A DNA stretch of 57,961 bases, filler included, from Globobulimina sp. (taxonomy: Eukaryota): NCBI GenBank assembly GCA_003354225.1. It is 8 parts of 8 records of this genome, joined end to end, with 100 filler letters (N's around TTAATTAATTAA, not from the genome) between each part and the next. Parts side by side here need not be neighbours in the genome. Positions count along the whole stretch, not along the records: positions 7,316 to 14,483 come from PIVH01000187.1; positions 14,584 to 21,744 come from PIVH01000188.1; positions 21,845 to 29,001 come from PIVH01000189.1; 5 more parts are not named here. One strand, 5' to 3'. Below, one piece after another: positions 13,914 through 25,252 of this stretch. The position numbers were made by a program, and so were the translations under genes. Within the stretch, counting starts at the first letter, position 1; each line of letters starts with the position of its first letter. The notes beneath the pieces are model-generated. The model was not told the DNA's origin. It saw nothing but the letters and a program-made list of their open reading frames with translations, and made no database searches.

Positions 13914-14483
13914 TCAGTAATAACTATTCGTTTTAGCAGTGCTAGTACCGATTTGACATTGATTTACCTTACCCGCAAATCTTAAACTACATAGCGATTC
14001 ATTTAACTTTTCCTTTTCTGGACATAGATTAACAAACATCAATGTTTTACAATCTCCTCCAAAATAATTCATCAATAAATAAGTTAATTTGCTATTTCTA
14101 TATGGAATATGTGTTCGATGCTTTTTATTTTTCGACGACAGAGCAGCAATAACATCACCTAAACACGACAAAGATTTATTAATATTTTGGGTTTCTTTTA
14201 ATTGCATTCCAATCACATTCGATTTCTTTAATCTCTCAGATCCGGCCAAATCAATCAAATTTAAGACACCAAATGTTGATTGTTTGGTAATTTTATTATG
14301 TCCATTTAAAAATAGTTGAAACACGCTGTGGCTTCGCGATGATTGGTTATTACACTCTGTTCTACCAACACTACGATTTGATGATGCCAATGATAATAAT
14401 TTGTATACATCAAAAGGTGTTAAAACTTCAATTTCACGCAAACCCCGAACATAAACCTCCTCTTTTTTACTATTTCTATTTCG
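13914..14483 (-). CDS. Kinesin-14 (C-terminal motor, KIFC1/Kar3-like), 5' truncated
   Basis: Switch I SSRSHSVF, switch II LIDLAGSER, INKSLSCLGDVI, HIPYRNSKLTYLL, GGDCKTLMFVN, SLRFAGKVN immediately before the stop. Confidence 0.93.
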   Translation of the reverse strand, partial: RNRNSKKEEVYVRGLREIEVLTPFDVYKLLSLASSNRSVGRTECNNQSSRSHSVFQLFLNGHNKITKQSTFGVLNLIDLAGSERLKKSNVIGMQLKETQNINKSLSCLGDVIAALSSKNKKHRTHIPYRNSKLTYLLMNYFGGDCKTLMFVNLCPEKEKLNESLCSLRFAGKVNQCQIGTSTAKTNSYY

Positions 14484-14583
14484 NNNNNNNNNNNNNNNNN
14501 NNNNNNNNNNNNNNNNNNNNNNNNNNNTTAATTAATTAANNNNNNNNNNNNNNNNNNNNNNNNNNNNNNNNNNNNNNNNNNNN

Positions 14584-16005
14584 CTGGCCAGATTCCTTTT
14601 TTTTAACATTTTCCTTTGCAGTTTGCATCATATAACTAACAATTTGCCAATGATCCATTTTTTTAAATGTTTTCTCCTTTTTCTCACAATGTTTGGCAGC
14701 TAAACTTTTCATTAATTTCATTGCTTCCGTTTCATCGAAAACACAAATATTCATTTCACTGTGATCATGAATGAAAGAGATATCCACAAAATTTGCTGAG
14801 CCAATTGTAAACCATTCGCCATCAACAATACTCAGCTTACTATGAACATAAACATCTTCATAACACACTGTCTTATCCACTTTATTCCATTTATACATCC
14901 CACAAAAACAGAAATTGCGACATTGTTTCATTGAGCTCAATGTCGAAAACAATTTATGATATCTCGGTTCTTTTGGACTTTCACTATCATTCATTGTCGC
15001 TTCCTTACATTGTTCAATATATTCCAATGACTCTCTTTTTGCTCTCACAATGGGATACATCATCATTATGGGCACAATAAATATCACTTTAAACCGCTCA
15101 ATATTCTGCAATTTCCATTTCATAATTTGCAATAAATGCACATCGCCGGGATGTTGGGACTCGATATAAATACATTTTTTTGCATTTAAAAAAGCTTTGT
15201 AATATTGATAATGTACACCACTTTCGCCCATTTCATGTATTCCGGGATACAATTTCGGGTAAAATGTGGTGCAAACTTGTGCAGAAACACTTTGTTGTTT
15301 CTCTTCTTTCATTTCGCTGTGTTTATAGTCATCGATATGTGTAACAAATGGTTGACAGGTTTGCATAGCAATGCATTTGTTAAATATATTGTTATTATTC
15401 CAGCGCAATTTGAAATTATTGGCCACGTCAACACAAACCGGACCATGTATTTCGATGACTGTGTCGTGGCGAGACTGTGCATACACGATTTTATTTAAAG
15501 TCATGCCACCAACAAAAGCATAAATATTGCGCAAATTGTCGTGTTTCTCAGCATCGATTATAAAATATTTAGCGTGATGGCAGTGTGCTGGTTCAGGCGA
15601 CTCGTCCCATTTGAATTGAATTGAGTTTTTTTGGTTTAATTTGTGTTGTTTGATGAAGTTGTCATCCTTTTCAGTGCCCATTATCACTCCATTCGATTGC
15701 CAGCGTTTATCGATGTTGCGCCAAAACAAAACACGAATAATTAAAGATGGCGTTTTTTGCTTTAATGTTTGAAAGAAGGACCACCAATGTTTGCCATTTG
15801 GGAATTGAAAAGACCAGGAACCGAATGAAATCGCACACCATATGCTATGTTGTGCAGACTTTGCCCTTTTTTGTAAAGCAGTGTAGAAATCTTTACCTTC
15901 CATAAATGTTCGAACTGTATTATTGTTACGTTTGGGGTATGAAATAATAGAATGAATATCTAATTTCTCTTCAAATGGTGGCTTGCATGTTGCTGGTTCT
16001 GCCAT
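14584..16005 (-). CDS. Phospholipase D superfamily protein with two HKD motifs, 3' truncated
   Basis: HAKYFIID and VHSKLSIVD..IGSANF, plus IYIESQH. No intron apparent. Confidence 0.88.
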
Positions 16006-16054
16006 TGTTGGTAACTAGTTTATTTTGAACACATTTTCACTGACATTACAGACA

Positions 16055-16579
16055 ATGGGTGCGTGTGCATCGTGTTTTTGCATGAGTTGTATGATGGATT
16101 CGTATTTACATTTAAATATTCGTTCCATTTCAGATACTAACTTTCAAAAAGGTGATATAAATATATCGGGAAGTCGTGATATTTCAGTCAGAGTCTACTA
16201 TCAAGGCTCTTGCCAAGACAGTAAAGTATTAACTGGTGAGGTTAAATCTATTGCAATAAATGAACCGTTAATTATTGAAAATGGCACACCATCAGAAAAG
16301 GATGAATTAAAAGTAGAGATATATGATGTAGACCAATGCAGTCATGACGATTTATTGGGCATTGCAATGGTACCAATACCGATTAAATATGGTGACAATA
16401 TTGGCGAACACCAATATGAGGTGAAAGCGCCTGGTGATAATACTCAAACTGTTGCTAAAATAAGAATTGATCAGATACATTTTATTAAACAAAGAGTTGT
16501 TAGGTACAAAGGTCCATGCAAATGCTTTTGTTGTTGCTTGGAAGTGGGTCAAGACAATGATGAAGAGCGCTTGATATAA
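16055..16579 (+). CDS. Small C2-domain protein, probably lipidated
   Basis: C2 signature LKVEIYDVDQCSHDDLLG. ATG at 16055 gives MGACASCFC (myristoylation/palmitoylation-like). Cys cluster CKCFCCC near the C-terminus. Confidence 0.75.
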   Translation: MGACASCFCMSCMMDSYLHLNIRSISDTNFQKGDINISGSRDISVRVYYQGSCQDSKVLTGEVKSIAINEPLIIENGTPSEKDELKVEIYDVDQCSHDDLLGIAMVPIPIKYGDNIGEHQYEVKAPGDNTQTVAKIRIDQIHFIKQRVVRYKGPCKCFCCCLEVGQDNDEERLI

Positions 16580-16675
16580 TTTTAATTAATTATAATGTAT
16601 AATTATACTATTACCGAATGTGTTTTTAACCGGAATTACCGAATGTGACTTACGTCCTGATTGAATTTTGTACTA

Positions 16676-18261
16676 CTACTTGACTTTTCTGAAGTTTTTA
16701 TTTTTCCACTCTTCAATCTCCTTTTTCAATGCTTCATTTCTTACTAAATTTGTCAATTTGACATTTTCCTGTGTCAATGGATCCATATTATATTTCTTTA
16801 CATATTTCCGAATACATTCACGTTCATAACATTGAGCAGCCACAGAACTACTCACAACAACAGGATCGCACATCAATTCATAAGAAATAGGATCAAGATA
16901 TTTTTGTGGAATATCAACATCATTACAGTTAAACATATCCAATGCTCCATTCTCAACATTACAATTACAATCTTCCATCATTAACTCTGCAAAAACATTC
17001 AATATCATTTGGTGTTGGTTATAATCATTTATTCCAATCATATTCAATGTGATATCATTGATCGATTCCAATTGAAACCCTTTAATCTTCCCAATAAATA
17101 AATGTTTCCTTGCATTCAAATATTGCATATTGTTAAATCTGCCATTTTTAACCCTATTGAACCAATATATTATCTCATACCAATTCCAATCATTCACGTT
17201 CTTTCTCTCAACTTTTATATCCTTAATCTCAACATTGACAGTCCCACATTCTGCTTCATGTACTTTCCAATGTTGAGTCTGACATTTTGGGCCGCAGTAC
17301 ATTGCATATTTACACGCACTGCATCGATATTTATCATTTTTTGGTAATGTTTTATGACAATTGAAACATTCATCATCTGTATCATTCAATTTCTGTCTCT
17401 TCGATGGTGGTTTAGAATTAGATGAAGGATGTAACCCATAATCAACATAACCACCCAACGCTCGCAATTTTCGTTTTTTCCAATCACAGCTTGGCAATGT
17501 TGACAATATTGACGTATTTCCATCATCCCCATCCATTGATGCATTTTGTTTATTTTTTTTAGATTTTTTCTTTTTTTTTCTTGCAGACGAGACTGAACTG
17601 GAATTCTTTGAGGTTAATACAGGTTTTCTTACCTTTGTAATAAACTGAGTCAATATGTGTTGATTGGTTGGCAATAATTTATTTGTCAAATGTTTTTGAA
17701 TATGTTTGAATGCATCTTGTGCTGTTTCATATTTATCTAATTCCTTTTTCCAGATTGTATTCATCATTGTAAGGTACTTCTTCATTTTGCGAGAAACGAT
17801 ATTTGCAGTTTTTAATTGGACGTATTGTAAAGGTTTAGAAACACCGGACAATATCCATAAATAAGCGCCGATTCTGTAAATCTTGGGTAAGCCGATACTT
17901 GTTTTGGCTATTTTATACATGGATGTTTGGCTGGTATGGCATTGTTGCGTGTTGCAAAATAATTTACTTAACAAAGATAATTCTCAGAGACGAGCTTTTC
18001 CATCATGAGATATGATACATTGGAGTGATTTGAAATGTATGCATTTGCATCATCTGGTGATTTTATTCTGCTCCATTTTACGTTTTTTGGTGGTGATAGG
18101 GGCTGAGGCGGTGGTAATGCTGCTGGTTGTGGTGACTGTGATGGCTGAGATGTTTTATTAATGACAATCGGTGGCATTGATGTCTTTTTTAATGTCGGAG
18201 TTGGCACATTCACTGTAATGGTACAAGGATGTGTTGTGGATATTAATGTGCGACGTGACAT
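16676..18261 (-). CDS. MYND zinc finger + SAM-like + U-box protein (putative E3 ligase), with one frame break near 17970
   Basis: MYND CFNC..RCSACKYAMYCGPKCQTQHWKVHEAEC; SAM-like WNWYEIIYWF..IKGFQL..LNMIGI; U-box IPQKYLDPISYELMCDPV..YERECI..DPLT..LVRNEALKKEIEEW. The Pro-rich N-terminal ORF (ATG 18261) overlaps the main ORF out of frame. Confidence 0.8.
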
Positions 18262-18375
18262 GGTTGACAAAGTGTTTTGCGGATATATAAGTGCTAGGTC
18301 TTATTTTAGTGTACTTAGTAATAACATTTCAGAAAAGATAGTCACAGTGTTTTTTGCTTAAAACTTTTGGTGATA

Positions 18376-19752
18376 ATGTCAACATTAAATACACTGATTG
18401 GTGTTTTTTTTGGCATATTTGCAGAATTTTTTGGCTCCTCAGGAAACATACAAATAAAATATTCGCACAAATTGGAAGAAGAAAAAGCAACATCATCAAG
18501 GATACCATTATTTAAACGCACACGATTTCGTATAGCCTGCGCATTGTATGCATTCAATGGAGTTTGCAATTTAATATCATGCATATTTGCCTCATTAAAC
18601 GTGTTAGCTCCAACTGCCTCATTTACAATTGTTTTAAATGCAGCTTTAGCACATTTCTATTTCGGTGAGAAACTAACAAAATTAGGATACTTTGCATCTT
18701 TTATGATTATGATTGGATCCACAATCTCTGTCATTTATGGACACAACGAAAGTAAAACCTCATTTGCTTTAAGCGAATTAACGTCATTGGTGATGAGAGG
18801 TGCCTCCATTTTTTTTGCTTTGGCCGATTGGTTCATAATATCGTGCTGCATATTAATTGGAAAAGCATTATCAAAACAATTCGAATTGGAACAAAGAATT
18901 ACATTTCAAAATAACGGATCTGCAGATTCGAATCGGGATTTTGACGAACTATCTCAGTCAACTGTCGATAACGATGACTTAATGGAACGTATCAGATCGA
19001 CCGCTAATAAATTTTGCAAAGGGGGTAACAGTCAATACGCAATACATGCATTTTGCTATGCGTTTGCGACTGGTTCTATAGCTTCGTGGGTCCAGTTCTT
19101 TGGCAAAGCAGTTGGAGTTTTAATAGTTGTTAAGTGTATATAAGCCACTGCAGTCTGCATCACTCAAAGTCGTGACATGGTCCATCTGATCTAAGCTCAT
19201 TTTTCGAAGCAAAAAAAACTCCACTGTCCACAGTCCACACTTAACCTCTGATCTTTGTTAAATGTTTCTATATAGGAGTCATTTGGCGGAGATGATCAGT
19301 TTAATAAATTGGGCTCGTGGTTGTATATGATTTTCGCCATCTGGTTCATATATTGGATGATGATGTTACTCTCAGAAATGATGAGATTATTCGATGCAAT
19401 TTTAATTGTGCCCTTATATGAAACATTTATTATTTTTAACATGGTGTTATTGGATGTGGTATATTTTGGAAGAGATGATGGCAAGAATCAAAGTGGGACT
19501 TCTAAAATGTGGTTTTGGTTTGGTATTTTAATTTACATTCTGGGAATGTTTGTATTGACTGTTGCACAAAAAGATAACCATAGTGATCATGATAGTAATG
19601 AGGACCATGAATTATATGAGAATGATGATGGGAAGTTTTTATTCGAGGATGATATGGGAAATGAGGAACGACCATTAATTACAAAAAAACATACCATTGA
19701 TTATAAGAGTACATCCAAAAATAAGCAATATGAATTATATGATACTGTCTAG
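18376..19752 (+). CDS. NIPA-family (DMT superfamily) magnesium transporter; intron 19129-19275
   Basis: FASLNVLAPTASFTIVLNAALAHFYFGEKL and FDAILIVPLY motifs, multi-TM. Phase-0 intron GTT|gttaagt...tatag|GAG joins the two ORFs. Confidence 0.8.
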
Positions 19753-20005
19753 CTGTGTTATTTGTGTGTTTCGTTGATTAAACATTTCTTATTTATTCTA
19801 TTATGTACTCCGCTGTGAATCTTTTATTTTCTTTTTTTTATGTTCATCGTCCAACAAAAAGAACAGAACAAATTAGCGATCAAATCACAATCGCAAATTC
19901 GCAATAATTATTTGTGATATTTCGGGCTTTTGTAAAAAAACTAAAAACTTTGCAACTATTTTTATTTCTTGATTCTCTTTTTTTTGAAGGGTATATTCGG
20001 TGAAA

Positions 20006-21516
20006 ATGGATGTTGATTCTGATAATACCAACAATAAAGAAAATACAAACAATTCAAACAATGCAAGTGCTGCAAATGAATCTAAACAAAATATAGATTT
20101 ACGATATGATGTTGAATTAACTCGTGCAATCAAAGAAAATCACGGTGTATGCATTGAAGATGCGAGACTTTGTCCATTCAAAGGAGGAGAGGCATATTTC
20201 GTGACTATTGGATCAAATCAAGTTTTGTCTCTCTATTTGTGTTGCAATCGGCGATGGAAAAAATATATCTAAATAGGTGATGGTGTATGACTTGGAAGTA
20301 CGCGGTAATTTTATATCGACGCTATTAAATTATCGAAATTGGCATTTACAGACAATGCGGACAAAGAATATTGTGTGGAAAGAGCATTTAGAAAAGGAAT
20401 TCCCTGCCGAGTTAGAACAAAAATCATTTAATACCGTCTGTTGGATGAGGAGATACAGAGATTTTTGGATTGCGGCCGCTGACAACGAGCAAACAATACA
20501 TTTATTGTCATTGGCAAATGCAAAATGCATAAAAATAATTAAAACCAGACAAAATATTGCTTATTTAATTGCGCATCCAACATATCCAAATATTTTATGT
20601 GCCATTGATACCGATGATGTGTTGTCGTTTATTAATACAACCAATGAAGAAACAATATATGTTTTACCTGATAAAATATGCAAAATTGTATGTGTTATCC
20701 ATCATTTTTCCATACCATTCAACTCCGAAAAACTGAAAACAGCGATTTAGTTCATGCGGAAATAAATTTTGTGCAGTTTTACCCAATGGGAATATACGAG
20801 AATATGCCCAAAAAGTAGAGATCGTCGATGATGATATAAAAAATATGGACGATGAGTCTGATGAAGATGTAGATGTTGATCTTAATTCAAATAAAAATAG
20901 CAAAAAGAAAAAAAAAGCAGTAAGTGATAGAAGATTTGTTGTGGATAAGTTGAATATTTATAAAGTAGAGAAGAAAGGAGAGGATGTGTCGGAGATACAA
21001 TATTGCGGTGAGAATGTAGTAATTGTTGGCAATGAAGATGGTGAGTTTAAGATGATCAATATGGGGAATACGCAGTTATTGCATCAATGGAAAGTGAGTG
21101 GTAAGATTGAGGCCGGCCGTGTTTGTAATTTTGATGTAAATAAAAATAATGATTGTGTTGTTTATGGAAATGCGGAACATCAGGTTCAAATTTATGATTT
21201 AAAGAATAAAAAATATTTAAGAAGAATTGATACGGGAAGAGGCCGAAAATTGCCGTTTTCGTTTGCTGCATTTTGCAAAAATCACCCACAGTTAAGTTGC
21301 ACTTCGTTTTTAGGGATAATTGATATTATTTAATATGTTTAAAAAAGGAGTGTAATGATGGTTTGTGAAGGTATTGTAATGAAATTTGATCCATTGGAAT
21401 TGGTAAAAGATTATTTCCCATCAACTGCTGATTTTGCAGTGCAAAGGAAAAATGGAGTTAAATGTTTTAATACCGTCAGAACTGTTCAATATGAAGCGGA
21501 TAAAATGAAGAATTAA
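20006..21516 (+). CDS. WD40-repeat protein, EED/ESC/FIE- or LRWD1-like; introns 20222-20276, 20688-20742, 21291-21347
   Basis: Three short GT-AG introns join the ORFs in frame. IKENHG..FVTIGSNQVMVYD..SFNTVCW..AHPTYPNIL resembles the EED/ESC N-terminal blades (from memory of the family, not searched). Confidence 0.65.
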
Positions 21517-21879
21517 CTAACATTTCGGAAATCTTTTTTTTTTTGTTATTTTTTTCACAAAACCATTTATTTAATACTGGCGCAAGAAACTTCGAAGTTC
21601 AATGGAAGTTATCACCACTACTTCGAAAGGGTTTACCTATTTTGGATTCTGAATAATTGCAGAAATTTGAATAACTGCAGAAATCTGAAACTTGTATTAG
21701 GTATTTTTGCTTTATCGTAAGAATCTGTTTTTAAAGAGAAAAAANNNNNNNNNNNNNNNNNNNNNNNNNNNNNNNNNNNNNNNNNNNNTTAATTAATTAA
21801 NNNNNNNNNNNNNNNNNNNNNNNNNNNNNNNNNNNNNNNNNNNNTAATTCTCTGCCATCCGACGAAAATGTCAAATCTG

Positions 21880-22275
21880 TTATTTTGCACTTTTTGTCTG
21901 CCGAAATGGTGGCAATGGTTTTAAATTTCTGAGTGTTGATTGAACATTTTTCTTGAAATTGATTTGTGATGAAATGGGGTGGATAGCAATCGATATTCTG
22001 AGGCCACTGAATTTGAAGGAGGTTCCATTGAAAATAGAAACCCCGTTCACTGAGCCTACAAAATATCGAACAATTCTTGCAATAATGGATATCTCTGAAT
22101 ATCCGACAATGTTTGTATTAAATATTATGTATTCGATAAATAATTCATAATCAGACATGTCGCCATGCTTCATTTCCTCGGTTTGTTTGGCATAGTATGC
22201 TCTCTGTTGCTGCTTTATTGCAGATAACCACTCACTATAATTTAGTGCAGTGTAGCTTCTGTGTGCCATTTGCAA
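21880..22275 (-). CDS. Hypothetical protein, possibly truncated by the contig edge
   Basis: 131-aa ORF with no recognised motif. Confidence 0.25.
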   Translation of the reverse strand: MQMAHRSYTALNYSEWLSAIKQQQRAYYAKQTEEMKHGDMSDYELFIEYIIFNTNIVGYSEISIIARIVRYFVGSVNGVSIFNGTSFKFSGLRISIAIHPISSQINFKKNVQSTLRNLKPLPPFRQTKSAK

Positions 22276-22442
22276 AGATTGAAGTCACACTAAATCCTAG
22301 CAGTAAGACTAAATGCGGCGTCGCACTTTTTCCTAATAATGACACACAAGCACAGCAAATAAACCAAATATCATTAGTACAAAGTTACAATAGCATACTG
22401 TCAATAACCACAAAGATACAAATTTGATAAAATTAGCACATT

Positions 22443-23525
22443 CTATTGGACAAAATCCATAATAAGGTCGCTGTGTAAAAGAAATTGATCCAAATCTTCA
22501 GTGAACCGATTGTCGATATCTGATTCATCATATTGGTCGATATCTGTATCATTATAATAATACAAATAATAATATAATTCTTCTAATAATGTCAAAAAAC
22601 ACGCGATTGTAATCAATATTGTTCCAATAATTTCAAATCTATTTGGAATATCATTAAATATGAATGTTTGATATAAAAAAGAAAAAACAATCGTTATATA
22701 TTCTAACCATGTCACTTTAGTCGCATTTGCATATTGATAACCAATGGTAATCAATGATAATGCAATAAAAGCAAATATTCCAACCACAATCAAAATAATT
22801 AGTGATCCGATATCAAACGACCAACCAAATACATCTGAAATATCTGCATTATAATCAGCAATAAATTCATTATGTAAAACAAATTGATTTACTATCATCA
22901 CCGTTGGCATTGTGGCAAAAATAGCTGATCCGGACGATACGAGTTCTAATTGCAACCAATGCGATTCTATCGCTGTTCTCACCAAAATAACAGAAATACT
23001 GTATAATAATATTGCTATCAGCAACGAAATGAGTCCATCACTATTTAATGGCTCCACTTTAGCCTCGTCTCTAGATATTAAAAATGTTGGTTGTGCAATG
23101 AATACAACTCCAATTCCACCTAATATACAAATTATTGGTGTTACTTTTGGCAATTTTTCCTTCAAAAAAAGCCGTGCAAATACAGCAATGACTATCGGTG
23201 ATTGCAAATAGATACATTCCATATCACCAATAGGTAGCCGGATGATAGCATAATAATATATTGCGCTAAACATTGCAAAGGTAACACCCCTTACCCACAC
23301 ATTTAAAATGTATGGTTTATCTCCATACCAATTATTGCAATTGTTTGGTTTTTTATAACTCCACCAAACCACACCAATCATAAATTGTGTGCAGAAACGA
23401 AAGAATAATATTTGTGATTCTTTTAATGTCGATAGTTTAATGATGGCAGAAACTGTAACAAATATCAATTGCGACACTGCGATTGCAAGACTTCCCAACA
23501 ATGTATTTCGAAATGTAGAGGACAT
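22443..23525 (-). CDS. EamA/DMT (SLC35G-like) transporter
   Basis: About 10 TM helices; QILFFRF, AIIRLPIGD, SPIVIAVFARLFLKEK, GVVFIAQPTFL, GYQYANATKV. Likely start is MSSTFRN at 23525. Confidence 0.88.
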   Translation of the reverse strand: MSSTFRNTLLGSLAIAVSQLIFVTVSAIIKLSTLKESQILFFRFCTQFMIGVVWWSYKKPNNCNNWYGDKPYILNVWVRGVTFAMFSAIYYYAIIRLPIGDMECIYLQSPIVIAVFARLFLKEKLPKVTPIICILGGIGVVFIAQPTFLISRDEAKVEPLNSDGLISLLIAILLYSISVILVRTAIESHWLQLELVSSGSAIFATMPTVMIVNQFVLHNEFIADYNADISDVFGWSFDIGSLIILIVVGIFAFIALSLITIGYQYANATKVTWLEYITIVFSFLYQTFIFNDIPNRFEIIGTILITIACFLTLLEELYYYLYYYNDTDIDQYDESDIDNRFTEDLDQFLLHSDLIMDFVQ

Positions 23526-23638
23526 GAGGGATTTCGAAATGCTTTGATTACAGAAGTGCCATTTATTACAACTCCTAGTCTGACTTCTGAGTTTTTTTTT
23601 GTTAAATGCAACAATACAACTGAAATACCGCACAATCA

Positions 23639-25200
23639 ATGTTTGTTGCTGATAAGAAATATGACACTCCATCTGCAAGAAAATCAAACAAAAAAGCAAA
23701 CGTAAACACCAAATCAAACAAATTATTTCCAGCAATCCTTCGCGCATTGTCTATAGGTTAAGCGTATTACATTTAATTTTGCACTCATTCATTATCTACA
23801 ATAACAACAAACACATAAAAGGTGTAATTCTCGGCAATTTATTATTTTTAATTTCTTATATGTTTGGCTTACCATCAATCATACACTCAACAAATGATCT
23901 ATTCCACACAAACACACCTCCGCATACACTGTACATTACCCGCGATCCAATTAAAGATGTCCCTGACTTCAATATACCTGCACGCTCATTAGTAGACCAT
24001 GGCACACTCACAACTCTCCAAAGCAGATTCATCCGGCGCCCACCAACCAAAAATTGTTCGTTACCACCAGGTTTCCCTGGCAGTCCCCCTGGATGGAAAC
24101 GATTATTTCGTGTATGTAACAATTTGGACACATTTAGTATTCCGTGCAGTCCAGAAAAAGCCTGCATTGATTGCATCCCTCCATGGGGCGGTCAGTCAGC
24201 ACTTCGTGAGATGACAACAGAATTTATCAAACGGGAATATGACACCAGACTGCGTCGAAGGAATGAATTGCTACATATAATTACTAATAAGTTACAAATA
24301 AAACATGACGAATCATCCATAACTTTGATGACATTGAATGCCGGATATTCGTATTTGTTCCTAAACTGGCTCTGCGGTCTGCATTTGTTAGGCATTGCTG
24401 ACGATATACGGCTGACTACGATTGTCATCGCTACTGATGAAAAAACAGAACTTTTAGCTCGAAATGTTGGCTTCCAGGTGGTGAGAGGTGATTGGTTGAC
24501 AATTGCCATCGAGGAAGAAGCGGCTCGTGCATTTGCGTTGGGAGCGCATAGATGGACTGTTTGTTTGCAGATTGTGTATTCATTTGACTTAATTGAAATG
24601 GGATATAATGTTTTGCAGCAAGATGTTGATGTAGTTTGGTTGCGAGATGTTCGCAAATATTTTGAAAATACGTATAATGACATTGAAATGGCTTGTGATG
24701 GCAGATTGGACTATGTTGGGCCTGGAAATACTGGCTTTATTCATGTGCGGAGCAATTGTAAGACGAGGGTGTATCTGGAGACTTTAGTGTATTATATTGG
24801 TTTGGTGATTGCTGGAAGGAGTGATCAAAGGCATTGGAATATGTTTTTGACGAGTTATGATTTCCGGCAACTGCTGTTTGAAATGTTGCCACCTGACATT
24901 TTTGTTGGAGGGGATCAATGGGGCAATGGCAGAAAGAAAGGGGATCGATTAAGTGATCATATTTGGTTTCTGCATGCTTCGTGGACCTCTGATCATACGG
25001 AGAAAGTGACAAAATTTAGGCAATTGGATGCTTGGTTTTTCAATAGCAGCTGCCCCTTTTATCAGGATAATATGACGCCGGCTCATAAGGAGCCTCCGTA
25101 TTACACCCCATCTGGTGATCGGCATTGGAATTGGCCAGATCAGAATGCAAAGGTTTGGTGGAAAACCAAATACCAAAAGCATTTTTATGAGAAACGTTGA
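23639..25200 (+). CDS. Nucleotide-diphospho-sugar transferase (GT77-like) type II membrane glycosyltransferase; intron 23757-23821
   Basis: N-terminal TM anchor restored by a phase-1 intron; LFLNWLC, GYNVLQQDVDVVW (DxD), NTGFIHVRSN, SDQ, LHASWT. Confidence 0.85.
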
Positions 25201-25252
25201 TTTTTTTTCAAAAACTAAAGAAAACTTTTAGTGTAACAGATGAAATCTGAAA

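Noticed and set aside
21649-21691. Short tandem repeats (also 16610-16647 and 29960-30001)
   Set aside because: Two to three degenerate copies in AT-rich intergenic DNA, with no evidence of function.
23526-23747. 74-aa N-terminal extension of the EamA ORF
   Set aside because: It overlaps the inferred first exon of the opposite-strand glycosyltransferase, and the family resemblance starts at MSSTF.
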